Source of the DNA: Chromera velia
Taxonomy: Eukaryota
Length of the DNA: 64,000 nt
Assembly: GCA_018398765.1 (NCBI GenBank)
Contig: JAHBMJ010000234.1
Span: forward strand, 1-64,000
Direction: 5' to 3'
How positions within the stretch are numbered: position 1 is the first letter of the stretch; the number at the start of each line of letters is the position of its first letter. The notes under the pieces were generated by a model that was not told where the DNA came from, searched no databases, and saw only the letters and a list, made by a program, of their open reading frames with translations. Positions 12,575-27,237 of this stretch are shown here, one piece after another. Position numbers and translations under genes: made by a program.

Positions 12575-15500
12575 TACTGACCTCCAGAAAGTCGTCCTTC
12601 GGCCCCGTGGGAGCTGGTTCCGGTGCTCCCTTTGCCCCCTTTGGTGGTGGGGGTGCGTTTGCCTTCTCCCTCTCCTCCCTCTCCTTCTCCTCTTCGGTCA
12701 TGTACGGCTTCATGACCACCTTCGCAGAGAGGAGAGCGACCTCCCTGACATCCTCTCTTTTGAAAAGGGACGAGAGGGCAGGTGCGGGCTGGGAGGCGAG
12801 TTCCTTCTCCTTCTCGGCTGCGTCCTTGGCCTTCGGGTCCGGCGCTCCTTCCCACACAAACGTGTCCTGAAAGAAAGATTTCAAGAAAGAAAGAAAGAAA
12901 GAAAGAGGATTCACGTGTTCACGTGTGTGAACAGGCACACACGTACGCAAAAATGCGTTGCGTTCAGCACAAATGGGACTTTCCGAAATTTGCTGTCACA
13001 AGGCTGCCAATTTCTATGCCGCCATCAAGTACAAAAATGTGTGTGAGTAGAATCTTCTTCCTCATCGACGGATAAGAAAAAGAGGAAATCTCGGGGGGAG
13101 ACGAGGTCCAAAGGGGTGTTTTCTCGTAGAAGAGCAAGATAGCACACACTAAGCCGCACAGAGCGCAGCATCAAATGATGAAAATCCGATGAGCTCTCGT
13201 GCAGAGTCAGTCCATTTGCGCGTACCTGAAGAACTGTCAGTCGCACCATCGCAAACTTGGAGGGCAAGAGGCCCGCCACAGGAATCTGCAGTCGTGCGTT
13301 CAGAGGGAGGGGCTCTCGGACGTCAGCCTCTACAAGAGGGCCCGCGGTGCCGTCGGGTGCCGGGACGGGGAGAGAGAACGAGCGGGCGGGCCCCAAAGGC
13401 CGGAGTGTGGGGTGATAGATGAATGGGATTCGGCTGGATGAGAAGTGGCGGTTGTTCAAAGAGACCTCCACGGGAATGCGGAGACCCCCCAGAAGCCCAT
13501 CCGGGTCCACTGGGGGGACTGGAGGGAAGGCGGCGAGAGCATCTGCAGAAAGAGCGTGGCAATTCGTGTGATATTGCAAAATCTGATTGCTTGCGCATCA
13601 TGCATGTGAACGAACTACTGAACTTCTGAACGAGTCGCGGATTCATTGAAAAGAAGACAGTGAAAACTTGAGAGGCACATACCCAACGGAAGAGGAGACG
13701 AAAGTACGGACAGCGGTAGACTACAACTATGTTTCAATCTTCACATATTATGCACTCAATTTCACCAGCCCGCTACAGAACAGAAGGACAAAGAACAGCA
13801 AATGATGGAGTACAAAGGGAGATCCTCAACCTCGAGCCCAACTCAAAGAAACTCAAAGAAACCAACAGACCCACGCACCGTTCTCCTCTGCGCCCTTCCC
13901 TTTTCCTCCCTTTGGGGGCGGCTTGGCTGCCGCAGCTCCTTCTCCCTCTTCCCCTTGTGATGCCGCGATGGCTGCCTCCCTCTCTTCAGTCTCCCTTGCG
14001 AAACGTTCCCTCTCCTCCTCAACCCCTCTCGCAACCTCGCTTCGCATATGGGGCATAGTGAAATGTACGGAGGACGTGGGGACAGTCAAATTTCCCGGAA
14101 TTGTCTCTGAATTTCTTCTGGGATCGTTTTGCGCGATAATGTCAAAGAAGATCGAATCCCCTCTCGACCTGTGGGCAGGCATGAACGAGTCGCTTGTGTC
14201 CTTTCCGTCTGAGGGGGAGACAGGGGATCCGTCAGGGGACGCCTGACCGTCTCCCACGGGTGTGCCCTTCCCGTTGGAGGACGTGAGACTCTCCCCTCCG
14301 GTCTCCTTCTCCCCGTCTCCTCTGATACCCATACCCGTGGGGGGGAAGGGAACTCCAAAGGAAGAGTAGTCGACCTTCACGCTGCACACGTCGCTGTCCA
14401 CAAGTTCGCGGCAACGGAGGCGAACATCGGTCGGCTGCAGCCAACCAGAAAAGGATCGAGACAGGCGAGAGAAGAGAAAGGAGTGCGGATGCTTTATGAT
14501 CGAGAACCCAAAGCTCTCAACACAAATCGACCCACTTGAAGTTGCGTCCAACAACTAGAGAGTTGAAAGAATATCAATGACAGGCTCGAACAGTCCTTCC
14601 CCCCCACACACCCATGCACGGAGAGACACGAAGATGCAGGCACATGCATGCGTTTAACACACTGACTGACCTGATCGAGAGGCCCGATGTTGGGTTCCAG
14701 GGAAGTGACCTCAGGGTCCAGCACGAAGAAGGGGATGGGCCTGCCAGTAAAGGTCTCTCCTGCATGCACGTGTGCGGAATCACATTACAACACAGACACT
14801 GTGTCCCTGAGTGTTGAGCTTGATTGTTCTCATTTCAACTCAAGCATACAAGAGAGCATCTCTGCCCATTGCCCTCTCTCAAATGCGCTTTCCTTAAGTG
14901 TGTGGGGGGAGATGTTTTGTCGATTGATTCCCCAGAGCGAAAATCATCTACTTAGTGACTTCATGTGCATTCAAACCAACTCACAATTTTTTATCATTAC
15001 CGCTGCTCGACAGATGTGATCTGACTGACCGTCGAATGCCACATCCACGAGGAATTCATATCTGCTCTCCTTGAGAGTCAGAGACATCAACGCAGACAGG
15101 TCTCTGTCTCCCCCCTCGGACGTCAGCCTGCTCCGCGCTGCAACAGTCTGGGAAAATCCATGCGAATGCCGAGCTAGACCCTCCAGAACGGAACCCCGAA
15201 AGAAAGCAGGAGCAAGACATCGCACGCGACCGTGAGAGTCCACACGCCCAGGCATCAAAAGCTCATAGCCGTCTCCCAAGTGCAAATCCGTCTCCTCCGT
15301 CAAATCGAGAAGGTCATCCCGTCTCCCCACAACCGTACGAGTGCCCTCACCGTCACCCTCCTCTGGCACGTTCTCTCCCTTGCTTTCCTCTGTTGGATTC
15401 TCATTCGAAGTTTCCCCCTCCTCGGTCTTTTTCTCTCCTGCTGCCTCCGTCGCTTCAACCGTCGGGGTGGCGGCGGGAGAAACTTTTGGCTTTTCGGCCT

Positions 15501-18500
15501 CGGCACCTTCTTTCCCCGCCGCTGCACTCCCCTCTTCCTCCGTGGGCGACGCTGCCTCTTCCTCCTTCACGGCCCCTCCCTCCGCCCCCTCCTGTTCTTC
15601 TGTCTTAGGCGGCACCGGCGGGTTCTCCTTTGGCCTGCAGAGGAACTTCACGACCAGGTCCTTCGGGAGCAGCTGGGAGAGATCGCTCCGGCTGTCCACC
15701 CAGAGGCACAGAGCTACTCCACCTGCAGATGCGTGCAGCAGATCAGGCCGGAGTGACGATCGAGAGTTAAGAGGGCATCTGTGTCTATGTCTCCCCATTT
15801 CTGGGGGTGCGTGGGGAGAAGAGTAAGAGTAGGATGTTTGGTTGACGCACGCTTAAGGAGAAAAACGAAGATATTTTTAGCTTCTTGAACCTCCAATTGA
15901 TGTTCATTGATCGTCCGTCAACATGAATAGATGTCGAAGAAAAGTCCCTTGTTGAAAAAATCTAAGCGACCGACCGACCGACCCTCAATACTGGAGTTAT
16001 TCGGAGACACCTTCGCGAGGTTATGGGATAGGGGGGCGCTTGTGACGACAGAGTGGAGGGACGGGGGCGTCCAGGAGGCGCCCTTGTCGAGAGAGAGCTG
16101 CAACATCAATGAAGGGAGAGATCGAGAGGAAGAGACAAAGAAACATCAACAGATGAACATGTTCACACAGACACACACAGACACACACACACACACACAC
16201 ACACATACTCAAGAACAAAAAGATACAGTTGGAAGAAGACGCAGACACGCTGATCATGCAGAAAACTTCCAGGCCGGCATCGTCATCGTCATCCAACCTG
16301 TATAGATTTCTTCCCCTTCGCTCTTGAGTGCAGTAATCACACAAAGCGGTCAACGCCTTACTCACTCACTCACGTACTCACTCACTCACGTACTCACTCA
16401 CTCGCTCGCTGGCTCGCTCAATCAATCAATCAATCAATCAGTCAATCATTTGATCAGTCTCTCACTGCCAAAAACACACATTGACCCACTGACCTCTATT
16501 GAGAATCTGTACGGGGTCCCGTCAGAGTTGAATGGACCGTTCCATCTCTGCCCCCCCTCTTCCCCCTCACCCCCCTCTTCTATTCCACTCCAGTACTCAT
16601 CCTCAAACATTCTCGTCACCTCCCACTCCTTCTCCTCCTCTGTCACATATGCACCCCCCGCCTCTGCTTCCAATCTCTCAAGTTTCTCCCAATCTTCAAG
16701 CGCGCGTCGCCACTCTCTCATCGGAACCACACACGGCGACTCCGTCTCCACACACCATTGCCGTGTATTTCGGTCCATGGCCACGCGTCCAGGCACAACG
16801 CGTTGCCACTCTTGCCCTGTGCTTTCACTCCCATCCCCCTTCAACCAGGAATACCTCACGAGAACTTCAGGATCGGGCATCTTGTCCAACCCCCCGACAA
16901 GCTTCCCTGCAAAGTCTGGCCAGAACACGCCTCGAAGGCCTACAGGGTAAACAAGACCAGCTCCATGCTGGTACCCCAACCCTGCAGGTGCAAAAGTCGC
17001 AGCGACCAATTCAGAGTCCCTCAGGGTCACCCCCCCTAAACCTCTATCCGTCTCCCCCCCCTCCATCACCGTAGTCTCTCCATTCACAGCCGTGCCCCCT
17101 TCCTCAGGCACAGACGATCGGAACGTCACGATCCCCGGAGACCCGGAGACGGCCCCCGTCTCCGTTGAGGCCCTGTAAGTCGGGCTCTGTTGCGACGTTC
17201 CTCCCACCCCCCCCCCTCTCGGCGGTCTCCTTGAGGGCGAATCTAGAACAGAAGAGGGCCACAACGGCATTTGTTCCCCCCCCTCTGACCGCATGTCTGC
17301 TACAGAATGAGTTGAAAGGATTCGCGGAGATGTGAAGGTGACTGGGTGTTTGGCGAGGTCCGCCGTCTCCTGGTCGATTCTTTCGAACACTGCAGGGGGT
17401 CTGGGAAGTCCTGAAGCAAAGATTCGGAGCACCGACCCCCCTTGCAGGGGCAGGAGGGACGGAGAGGTCGATCGGATAGAGCAGGGGGAAAAGAGGAGAA
17501 GTGAGGCGGCAGAGGTTGCCAGCGCAGAGACCGGAGGTAGGTCCGGATGGCCCAACTCCACTGCACACAGATACAAACACGCAGATGAGCAACAATGGGA
17601 TCTGTTTTTTCTCTCAGCTGTTGAAGAAGCACACAACACTCATTTGCAGTGGAATCATGCCGCATGGGTAGTCCGTTGGCTCGCCACCGCCACTGCTTCC
17701 TCAAAGATGTTTTCATGAATTTCGGTGCAAAGCGCCTGCCCGACTCACTAAATGACTGTCCCGTGCTATCGCTGTGCACTTTGCAGATGATGGATGGAGT
17801 TTGACCACAGAGAAACAACAGAAGACAAAGAAAGCTAAAAGAGGGCCGAGGTAAACATGCACTGAAGCACTGACTAACTGACTCATTTCCTCTGACTGAC
17901 CAGGAAGAGGAGAAACCCCCCTTGCACCAGGCCCCATTCCCCTCGGTGACTGTGGAATGTCAAGGTCGAAGATCGTTGCTCCCTCCCCCCCCCTCCTCTC
18001 GAAGGGCTCAAGAGGCAGCCTTCCTGAGACAAACACCCTTCCCTTCCTTGTGAGAAGGGCAGAGAAAGCAGCAGAGGCCTCCACTGATTGAATTCTATAC
18101 TCATCATCAAGTTCAACTGCAGCTGTCCTTCGATGAAAATCCCCTGCCCACCCAGGATGCCCTCTGGGTGTGAATCCTTCCATCTCCTTTTCTTTTCTCT
18201 TCTGCTTTCGGTCTTCCACTATCGCACCTACCCTGCCCGGTAATAGGGGAAACTCCGCATTCGACAACGGTGTAGGTTCCCACCTGGCCTTGAAATCCCC
18301 CAATCCCAGTTGGCCTGCATTGTTCAGACCCCAACAGAACACACGGCCCTCCGAAGTCAGGGCAATCGAGTGGTGGGCACCCGCCGCCACATCCACAACA
18401 TCGTGTCCTTCAAGCGCGCCGCCAACAGAAAGGGGAAGGTGGTGGCAGGGAACGGGGGGAGGGTGTTCTCTCTCGGATATGTCAGGGCGGGGTGTGGGGG

Positions 18501-19545
18501 TTCGGAGGGGACTTCTGAGTCTCGGTTCTGTGCCCTCTTCCCCCTCTCCCCCACCCATCGGCACCGGAGTTGTGACCGCCTGCGTTGCACTCTTACAGAC
18601 GGCCTTCCCCCTCCCCAATTGACCCGCGTAGTTGCTTCCCCATGTCACACAACACCCACGCGACGTACCATCTGGACTTGCCAGACCGCCCAAAGCTACC
18701 ACATGATGCCTCCCACACGACACCCTGGAGACATAAAGACGTGTCGGGAGGGAACGCCATCTGGGAACGCACTCAGCTCGCGGCCCACTGGCCTGAGTGC
18801 CCAGTTCTGCATGTAGACCGCACCCCCATGTGAACACGTCACCTGTGCTTGTCACTGCTACTGAAAAGTGCAGACCTGCCGCTGCGTTGGTCACGGCTTT
18901 GCCCCGCAAGGCAGGAATTTCAGATAGTTTGGGACCCTGGGAGCAGATTCCTCCTAAGCCAAGGGCCCCAAATGAGGGGTCGCCACAAGAATAGAGTCTC
19001 CCTGAGTTGGTGAGTGCCAACATGTGACTTTCACTTTTCGAAATCTGTTTGATGGGGTTCGTTCCGATTCCAACCCTACGCCCCCACTCAAACTTTGTGG
19101 TTGCTGCAGACGATAAACCCCCGTTGTCTTCCTGTTCTTTCTTCTCTACTTCCTCTGCCTCTGCTGAGGCTGCCTCTTCGCATTCTGAGGCAAGGAACTC
19201 CAGATTGGGGGAGAGGTCAGGGTGGGCAGCGCCGTCCTTGAACAACACCACCCGACTGGTGGTGGATGCGTACGTCTGGGATGCTTCTGCATCGTCCTTT
19301 TGTTCAACTGTCTCCTCTTTGACATTGTTTTCATCTACGATGGTGGTTCTCTCTGAGCCAAGAGCTGTTTGCTGCCTTTGAACATCGTTCTGGTTTAGAG
19401 AAAGGACAACGTGACAGGTTGTAGCGCCACTGGAGAGATGCGTGATCTTGTGCCCAGTCAGTGAAGAGATCTTTTGAAGCTCTGCCCGGGTGTACTCACC
19501 TAAGTGATACACGTCCCCGAAACAGAAAAGAGGGTTCGCTTTCAT
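11487..19545 (-). CDS. Large multi-exon protein: N-terminal RCC1 repeats plus several IPT/TIG-like domains
   Basis: RCC1 motifs: AAAGLHFSVAVTSTGDVFTWG, VAAGAHHSIALTSEGRVFCWGLNNAGQLGLG. TIG-like motifs: IRSTSPSLLPLQGGSVLRI, VTSLEPNIGP, VEVSLNNRHF, EFSLNGQHF. The last exon reads ...SPKGKKK* with stop at 11487-11489; ATG at 19545. That all exons join into one gene is inferred. Confidence 0.75.
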
Positions 19546-20558
19546 CTTCTTCACACAGATATGCTGCAATGTCTTTCAAGGATGTATATGCAAGGGCGAA
19601 ATCCGGATTGCAAGGCGGGAACAGAAAAACATCCACGCGTGGAAAAGAGAAACACGTGGCCAGTGTTGTTCAGTGTTCTCCCAACTTCCTCTTTCCGTCG
19701 ATGCCACACCAAAGACTTCAACACACAAAGCGACTTCGCGAGCCTTCCTTCAAAGACCTTTTCAAACGCAGAGCCTGGTGGAGAGCCTACTCGCTTTCGC
19801 CTCGCTTTGTTGGGTCAGACAAAGACATACTGATCTGTATTTGTGTTTTTACGTATATATATATATATATATACATTAATTTAGGTGCAAAAATATACGT
19901 GCGTGTATCCGTGTGTCGCGATTATTAGAATTTGACAGAAAAACTTGAGTTTCGTCTCCAAACTCAAAAATGTTGCGCAAAAAAATAATATTGAGCTGGT
20001 GAAAATCAAGTTTTCCCCCCAAAAAAAGTTTTCCCGCGACCAGTTGGAACTCAAAAAAATGCGTGCCGATCTAATCCGACATGCATGCAAACAACGGTTA
20101 ATTGTGCAATTAACACCTAGCTGGTTAATTCTCTGCAACACGGTCAATGATCAGTTCTTCGCTCCTCCTGGTTGCACACGAGCACTCGGTTTCGTCTGCT
20201 AGAGACCCCAACTTTCTCTTGTCGGAAGGGTGTGTATTTGTCTCGGCCGGTGGACCTCTGAATTTCTATATATATGATTAGTTTTAACTGCGAAGAGCGA
20301 AGAGGAATCAAGTCTGTCAACTGTTCTTCTTCGTTGAACCTCCGATTTTTGGGTTTGGTGCAGGCACTTGCAGCTAGCCCAAACAGCTTCACCAGCTCTT
20401 TGTGCCTCTATAACACAAACAAAAGAAAACACTATGTTGAGCGATTCAGGTCGCTGTCGTCGACGTTCGTCGACATTCCCCGATTCTCCCTCAGGTCAGT
20501 CATTTTCTTTCAGTCACCTTCTTATTTAATATTAGATTGCGGTCTTGCCGTACCCTTC

Positions 20559-22824
20559 ATGAACACCATGTCCGTATTCTTGCAGAGATCCCCTCTCCCC
20601 CCCAAGAGGAACCGGCAGCTGCAGATCCTTCGGACTCGTCAAGCGGAGTATTCTACACGACGGATGAGGAGGAGGTCGGACGGGGCACTGACAGAAACCG
20701 AAGAGTGCAGCTCCACCAGTGAGGAAACTCAGAAGGAACTGGCAAACGTCATGAGCAAATATCTTCCACCCAAAAATCAAACGAGCCTCTCAGGTACGCC
20801 TGAGGTTGAAATGATTTTAGCTGACATGGAGAATTCATCTTCATGTGAAGCAACGCCAATTCACCGTCTGCGGGGACGTATTTCATGTCTCAAGTCCCTC
20901 CGCTCTCCTGCCGGTATGACTACTTCCCAAGCACGCGCCCTTCTGGAAGGGATGTCCCCGTCCGCTCCCCTGTCTGCCGACGCAAGCCCCCGAAGAGCCA
21001 GGCGCTTCAGGCCTGCCGCTGGGCACGGGCCGACCCCGGCCTCCCCGTCGATGTTCACCGCATCTCACGCCTCGAGTCTCCAGGAGAGCGCAGGGTCAGT
21101 CACGGAGAAGGAGGAGGAGAAGAAGGGAAGTGCAGGCAGATCGATGCATCGTTTGGAACACAGACGAAGCTCCAGTCTCCAGTACGCACCTCCAACGCAG
21201 ACTATCAGGAATGGAAACTCCACCGAGGCCAAAGAGGGAGAAAAAGTTCGAAGTCCGATGCGGAGCGGCAAGACGCGAACAAACTCTAGCCTCCAGATGG
21301 ATGCTCCTGGTACGGCACCTCTTCTCAGTCCCCCCCTTGACGAAACCACCAGAGCTGGTAGTAGACAGTCCACATGGAAAAGCACAAAAACTTCCGATTC
21401 CGTCGAACGGGAGACGGACTCTCTGCTGCTGACTGCCTCCCCCCCCGCCAGCCCGTCGCCTCAGATGAAACCGTCACAGCTCCACCGTCGTCAAAAAGCC
21501 AAGACTGCTCCATTCTCGCCGTTCTCCGTAGCGAGCACAGCAGCTGCCACCCTCTCGCCTTCCTTCTCTGAGGGTGTGGGAGGTAGAGGCATCGCCCCGC
21601 CACCGATTCAAGGAGGGCGGCTGTTCTCGACAGAAGTCAATCTGCCGGAAGCAGAGGAGGAAACGGAAATGGCATGGGAACGGAAAGGAAGGAGAGAGGT
21701 TCAGATAATGGACCTTCCGTCTGAGTCGGAGTCAGAGAGAGAGTCGGAATCAGAAGAGAAGGAGAGGGGGAGAAAAAAGAAGAAGAGCGGAAATGCAAGT
21801 GGGATGGACAAAAAGGCCAAGACTGGTTCTCTGGAGAGACGCAAAATGAAGAGGAGGCAGACTGTGGTCCTGATGCAAATGCAGTTTGAGGTCAGTGGGT
21901 ATTTTTTCTGTACTTCGTTTTTGTGTTTGGGTAGAGTAGGCTCTAATAAGAATGTAGTCTAAGCTGAGTCTCGTCGAGCTCCTGTCTAGATACTGCCGTC
22001 TTTTCTCTTCTTTCTCTATTATGTGAACGTCCCGCCCCCTCCATACCCCCTCTCTCTTGGGTGCACGGGTGCACACACGCATCGAGGCCAAGCCAAGTGA
22101 ATTAATTCCACGCCTTCCGTGCGTGTGCCTGCAGGAGGTCGTGTCCTGTCCAGACCTAGAGCTCTGGGAGATGGAAGAGCTAGCCCTCAGCCCTGCAGAG
22201 TCTGAGAAGTACCGCAGTCAGAGAGTCAAGAAGGCGCATGAACTGGTCAGCTCACATGATTTCAAAAGTAAAACCTGTCTCAGAAGCCTTCGCGAAGTTT
22301 TGTGTGATCAGTTTTGTCTTTCTTCCGCTTTGTGTGTGTTAGGGTAGGGCGGGAGAGCGAGAGAGAACCAGAAATAGCTACGCCACCAGTGTGTGTGGGT
22401 TTCTGTTTTTGCTTCAGTATTGTGTTTGTTTTCTCTAAATTCGTCGTCCGGACAAACGACGCCGAGTTCTTCATGTTTTTCTGTCGCGTTGCTTCTTCTT
22501 GGTTTCCTTCGGATCCTTCGTGCGATTTATTTGTCTTTAATTCTTGTCTCTCTCCTCAATGTATACCCCCAACGAACAAAGAAGCGAAGATGCATCCATG
22601 CAGGCTCGTCAGAAGAAAAGGGGGAAAGAGGCATGGGACCTCCTCGACACCACAGAGGCCATCGAGGACCATCGCGGAAGGGACCTGTCAGTCAGTCAGT
22701 CAGTCAGTCAGTGACTCAGTGACTCAGTGAGTCAGTGAGTCAGTGAGTCAGTGAGTCAGTCAGTCAGTCCGTCCGTCCGTCCGTCCGTCCGTCCGTCCGT
22801 CAGTCAGTCAGTGAGTCAGTCAGT

Positions 22825-22863
<39 letters not shown>

Positions 22864-23936
22864 TCAGTCAGTCAGCAAGGCAGGCAGGCAGTCATTTACG
22901 CAGTGAGTCGGGCAGACGAAGAGAGTCAGAGAAAGGAAGAGGCAACAAAAACAAAACTGATTCTGCCTGCTGATTTGTTGATGTGCTTCCATTCATATGT
23001 ACTGCATGGCAGTAAAACGTCCAGAGTCCCCCTCCAATCAGAAAAGAAAGAATTCCATAATCTTCGTGAGACCTTCTAAGTATTCTTCCGGCTTTCGTTT
23101 GCCCTGATTTAATGTTCTTCTGTCTGTTCGGGTGTCCGTCAGCTGGGTGCTCCCTCAAGCACAAACAAGCGAGGTCTTTTCTCTTCTGTATATTTTTGCT
23201 CCATTGCCGCTGTTTGCCCTCATCCTTTCCCTTCATCTCGCTTGTTCTGCTTCTGGTCTCCTCTCTTCTACTTCAGGATCGGGAAAAGCGAAGAAGCCCT
23301 CCTGCGCAGATACCGAACACCTACTCGCAGCCTGGAGAGAGAGAGAGTCTGGAGAGAGAGAGAGTCTGCATGGAGCCCCGCAGCTTCAAGGGACGATCAC
23401 AACTCGGGAGAGTCCTCAGCGACCCTGGGACGGAATGCGAGGCCGGACAGCACAAAGCTGCAGCGACACCCGTCTTCTTGCGGAAATCCAATCTAGTGCC
23501 CCGACTGATCAAGTCTCTGGTGGAGGAAGGCAGAGAGACTCACCTGAACAACTCGGGTGGTGTGGATTACGGAGAACAGGGAGCAGAGGCGAAACAGTCC
23601 TCCAGACTGTCACAGTCAGCAACCGAGGAACGAAGAGAGTTTCCGAGGGAATCAGAACGCAAAGAGGGGTTGTTAACCCCTATCCCCCCCCAGGAAGGAA
23701 AAGCCCCCCCAAGGTCGCCCAAGTCGCTTTTACGTGAAGGGAAAGGTCCAAGTCCAGGCACCTCTCCCAAGGCCTTGGGTCCGTCCCCTGCCCCCCCCTC
23801 TGAGGGTCTATTGCCCTCCCTCAGTCTGAGTGGGTCTGTTCTCGAAGCGAACACCCCCCTTGCTGCCTCACAGACTGCTTCTACACGGAAGCAGAAACCC
23901 AAAAGCCACACACTTCGCAGCCTGCCGCTCGAGTAA
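20559..23936 (+). CDS. Hypothetical S/P/R-rich disordered protein, 4 exons
   Basis: Exons 20559-21891, 22135-22245, 22604-22690 and 23277-23936 with GT-AG junctions. The longest last frame needs the second GTCAG donor. Confidence 0.65.
22687..22893. repeat. Compound tetranucleotide microsatellite (GTCA/GTGA/GTCC/GGCA) starting at a splice donor
   Basis: Seen directly. Confidence 0.9.
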
Positions 23937-25969
23937 TGTCTCTACGGGCGCGTATGAAAGAACAGGAGAGAGAGGAAACAAAAGGACAAAAGAGGGAGAA
24001 AAATCAAAAAGAGGATACCAGAGAGAACATGTGTGTCACATAATTGACATGAAAGAAACGGGCGAAAACACAAAGACCCCAAGGAAGGAAAGACACACAC
24101 AAGGAAAGAAGTGAGCAATTAAACAGCGTAAAGAAGGCAGGAAGAAAGCGAACCTTCCGATCTACTTATAGAACTGCAAACAGAATGACAAAAGACTCTG
24201 AGAGGCGTCTTTCCAAGATTTGAACAGTCCATTTATTTTCTTTGAATGTTTCTGGGGAGTGCAAGAAGTCAGACAAGAATTAAGAGGGTCAAAGAGGGAT
24301 GGAGAGAAAAAAGCTGACAATCTAATGCAGGCTTGAGCCCAGAGACAAACCATGCATGTCTTCGATTCGGCAGACAGACCCTGCATGCAAAGGGACGGAA
24401 TACAAAACTCACACTCAATCCAGTGGGTTTCTTCACATGCCCCTCTGTACACTTGCGTGTGTCTGTCAAAGAAAAGATCGCCTTTGCTGATAGCCTGCTT
24501 TTCAGATTCGGATGCGAGCAGAGTGGGCGGGAAGTTACTTTGCTGCGTCGGGTGTCTTCCTTCCCTTTCTGCGTCGATCTCTGTTTGCTTTCTTTTCAGT
24601 GGACCTCTTCCCCTTTCCTTTTCTGTTCTTCTTGATTTGCCACCATCCCTCTCTCTCTTTCACTGCTCTGTTGGCAGTTAATAGAAGACCGAGGGTAAAA
24701 GCCTCTAGTCACTTCTCGTGCACTTGACTTCTGCACGGTCCAGTTGCGTGGCATGGCTTTGCCTTGGGAATGCGCGACGTAACCTCTCGAGCGTAACTTT
24801 CATGCGCATCTATTCTTCAGTCTGCTGTTGCTATCCGCTTTTGCGAGTTCGCTGGTATCGAACTGCGTTGGACACCTTCCTTGATACGCATGTGTGCCAC
24901 ATACCTTAGAGGTGAAAATGACGACCATGCTCTCGTTTACGTTTCTCTCAATTCATTCATTCGATCTGTTCGCGTGCGTTGCCTGTATGGAATCAGGCGA
25001 AAGTCCAGACAGCGACAACTGCTCTGGACCTGTGTATCAATACGTGTTTCGAACCATCCATCCGTCTACCCAATCTTCTACCAGCCTGTCTAGCATCAAT
25101 CCCCCCTTCCTTCCTCCCTCCATCCGTTCATCCACCCGTACGTCTCTCTCTCTGTCATTCTATCTTACAAGAAAGAGAAAGAGAAAAAGAAAATCAGGAT
25201 GAGAGTCTGTCTGGGAATGCGGCTGCCTTTCTTTCTTTCTCTGCGGAATCTGCCGATCGATGCATGTCCGTCTCTTTTTGAAATTTGACAAATGACGACT
25301 CCGAACACTCATTTGACAGCGGACGGATGCTCGAAAGCAGCGATGACGAGAGACAGAAATGAGGGGGGAAGCAGTGAGGGGGGTAAGGGACGACTCGAGC
25401 AAATCATGAAACTGGGGCTGAATGGAAAGTACTCGAAGGAGCCAAGGAGAGAGAGGCAGACGCTTTTTTACTTTACCCGATTTTGCTCACTTCCTCCGCA
25501 TGCATGAATCTCTTTATCTCCAGCGCCGTCCAGACGAGATAAAAAAAGAGACATGCAGGGGACACGCTGAGAGCCAGTGTCGGTGTTTGGCAGGTACTCC
25601 TCGTAAAGGCTCTGTAAAGGTCAGTTCGTTCGAGTCGACCGATTGAGAACAATAAAAAAACTGCCATGCTCACTCATTCACTCATTGATGTGAACAGCAG
25701 ACCTTTTGATTTTCTGACTGATTCGAATGGTAAGACTGATACATTCAGTATGTCTGACTGCATGCGGGACCAGCTCACTGATTGGCTGAAAGATTCATTC
25801 ATTGCATGACCTGTCCGCCCACCACCGGGGCCTTCTTATCTCTTCTAAAAGTTCTCTCTGCTTGTTTCCTCGCCTGTATGGTGTTGGGCCTTGTTTCTCT
25901 CCTCTCATTTTGTGACATTAATTCTCTTCCCTTTCCCCCGCTCCATGTCCTTTCCCTGTTCAACGCAAA

Positions 25970-26245
25970 CGAATGAATGAATGAGTGAGTGAATGAACGA
26001 ATGAATGAATGAATGAATGAATGAGTGAGTGAATGAACGAATGAATGAATGAATGAATGAATGAATGAGTGAATGAGTGAGTGAGTGAATGAACGAAGGG
26101 ATGAATGAGTGAGTGAGTGAGTGAGTGAACGAATGAATGAATGAATTAATGAATGAGTGAGTGAGTGAGTGAATGAATGAATGAATGAATGAATGAACGA
26201 ATGAATGAATGAATGAACGAATGAATGAATGAATGAGTGAATGAG
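25970..26245. repeat. (GAAT/GAGT)n microsatellite
   Basis: Seen directly. Confidence 0.95.
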
Positions 26246-26813
26246 TATACCAAAGAGGTTCAAAGGCCCCAGTAATGCTTTTGTCATTCTCAACGGAGTG
26301 TGAAAGGGATTGAGAATCGTCAATCTCTCTTTCACTGCGCTCACACCGTGACCGTCCATTCGATGGTGCGTCGGTTTCTGCTTCTTTTTTTGCCATGAAG
26401 CAGCGTGCTGGCCTCCTCTGCTCATGTTTCAGAAAGAGCAATAATGAATGTATTGTCGTCGATCTCCTTTTGCATTCCTACATTCCGGCTCCTCCCGTCT
26501 ACCCTCCCTTTCTCTCTTTTTGTATTTTAAACTACGCTCCCGTTGAAGAAGCGGTGAAGGCTCTCTTGTTCCATCTGTCTGACTGTCTGTCCGTCTGCCT
26601 GGACCTTAGTGGGGTCTCAGACTAGTTGACCGAGGCTCAGTCATTCAGAACAGTCTTCTATCGCTTTCTTCTTCCCTTCCGTTCCAACCTAGACTGTCAG
26701 CCGCAGAATCTGTTGGCATTCTCAAATCTTAGCCGAGAATTGATGCACCAGAAAAATAAAAAAAAGTTGAAAGGAAGCATACAAAGAATAAATAAAGAAA
26801 TTAATGACGGCAA

Positions 26814-26814
<1 letters not shown>

Positions 26815-26850
<36 letters not shown>

Positions 26851-26960
26851 AAAAAAGAAAGGAAGGAAAGAAAGAAAGAAAGAAAGAAAGAACGAACGAA
26901 CGAACGAAAGAGAGAACGAAAGAACGAACGAACGAAAGAGTGAACGAAAGAAAGAAAGGA

Positions 26961-26992
<32 letters not shown>

Positions 26993-27095
26993 AAAAAGAA
27001 AGAAAGAAAGAAAAAAGAAAGAAAGAAAAAAGAAAGAAAGAAAAAAGAAAGAAAGAAAAAAGAAAGAAAGAAAGAAAGAAAAAAAGAAAGAAAAA

Positions 27096-27139
<44 letters not shown>

Positions 27140-27237
27140 AAAAAAGAAAGAGAGAAAGAAAGAAAGAAATAAAGGAAGGAAGGAAGGAAGGAAGGAAGGA
27201 AGGAAGAAAAAAAGAAAGAAAGAAAGAAAGAAAGAAA
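26815..27237. repeat. (GAAA/GAAG)n purine microsatellite
   Basis: Seen directly. Confidence 0.95.

Noticed and set aside
11770..12950. Long ORFs rich in [16 protein letters not shown] (also ~4.3-5.9k, 25.8-27.3k, 38.3k, 61-62k)
   Set aside because: These are translations of stop-free microsatellites in introns or spacers.
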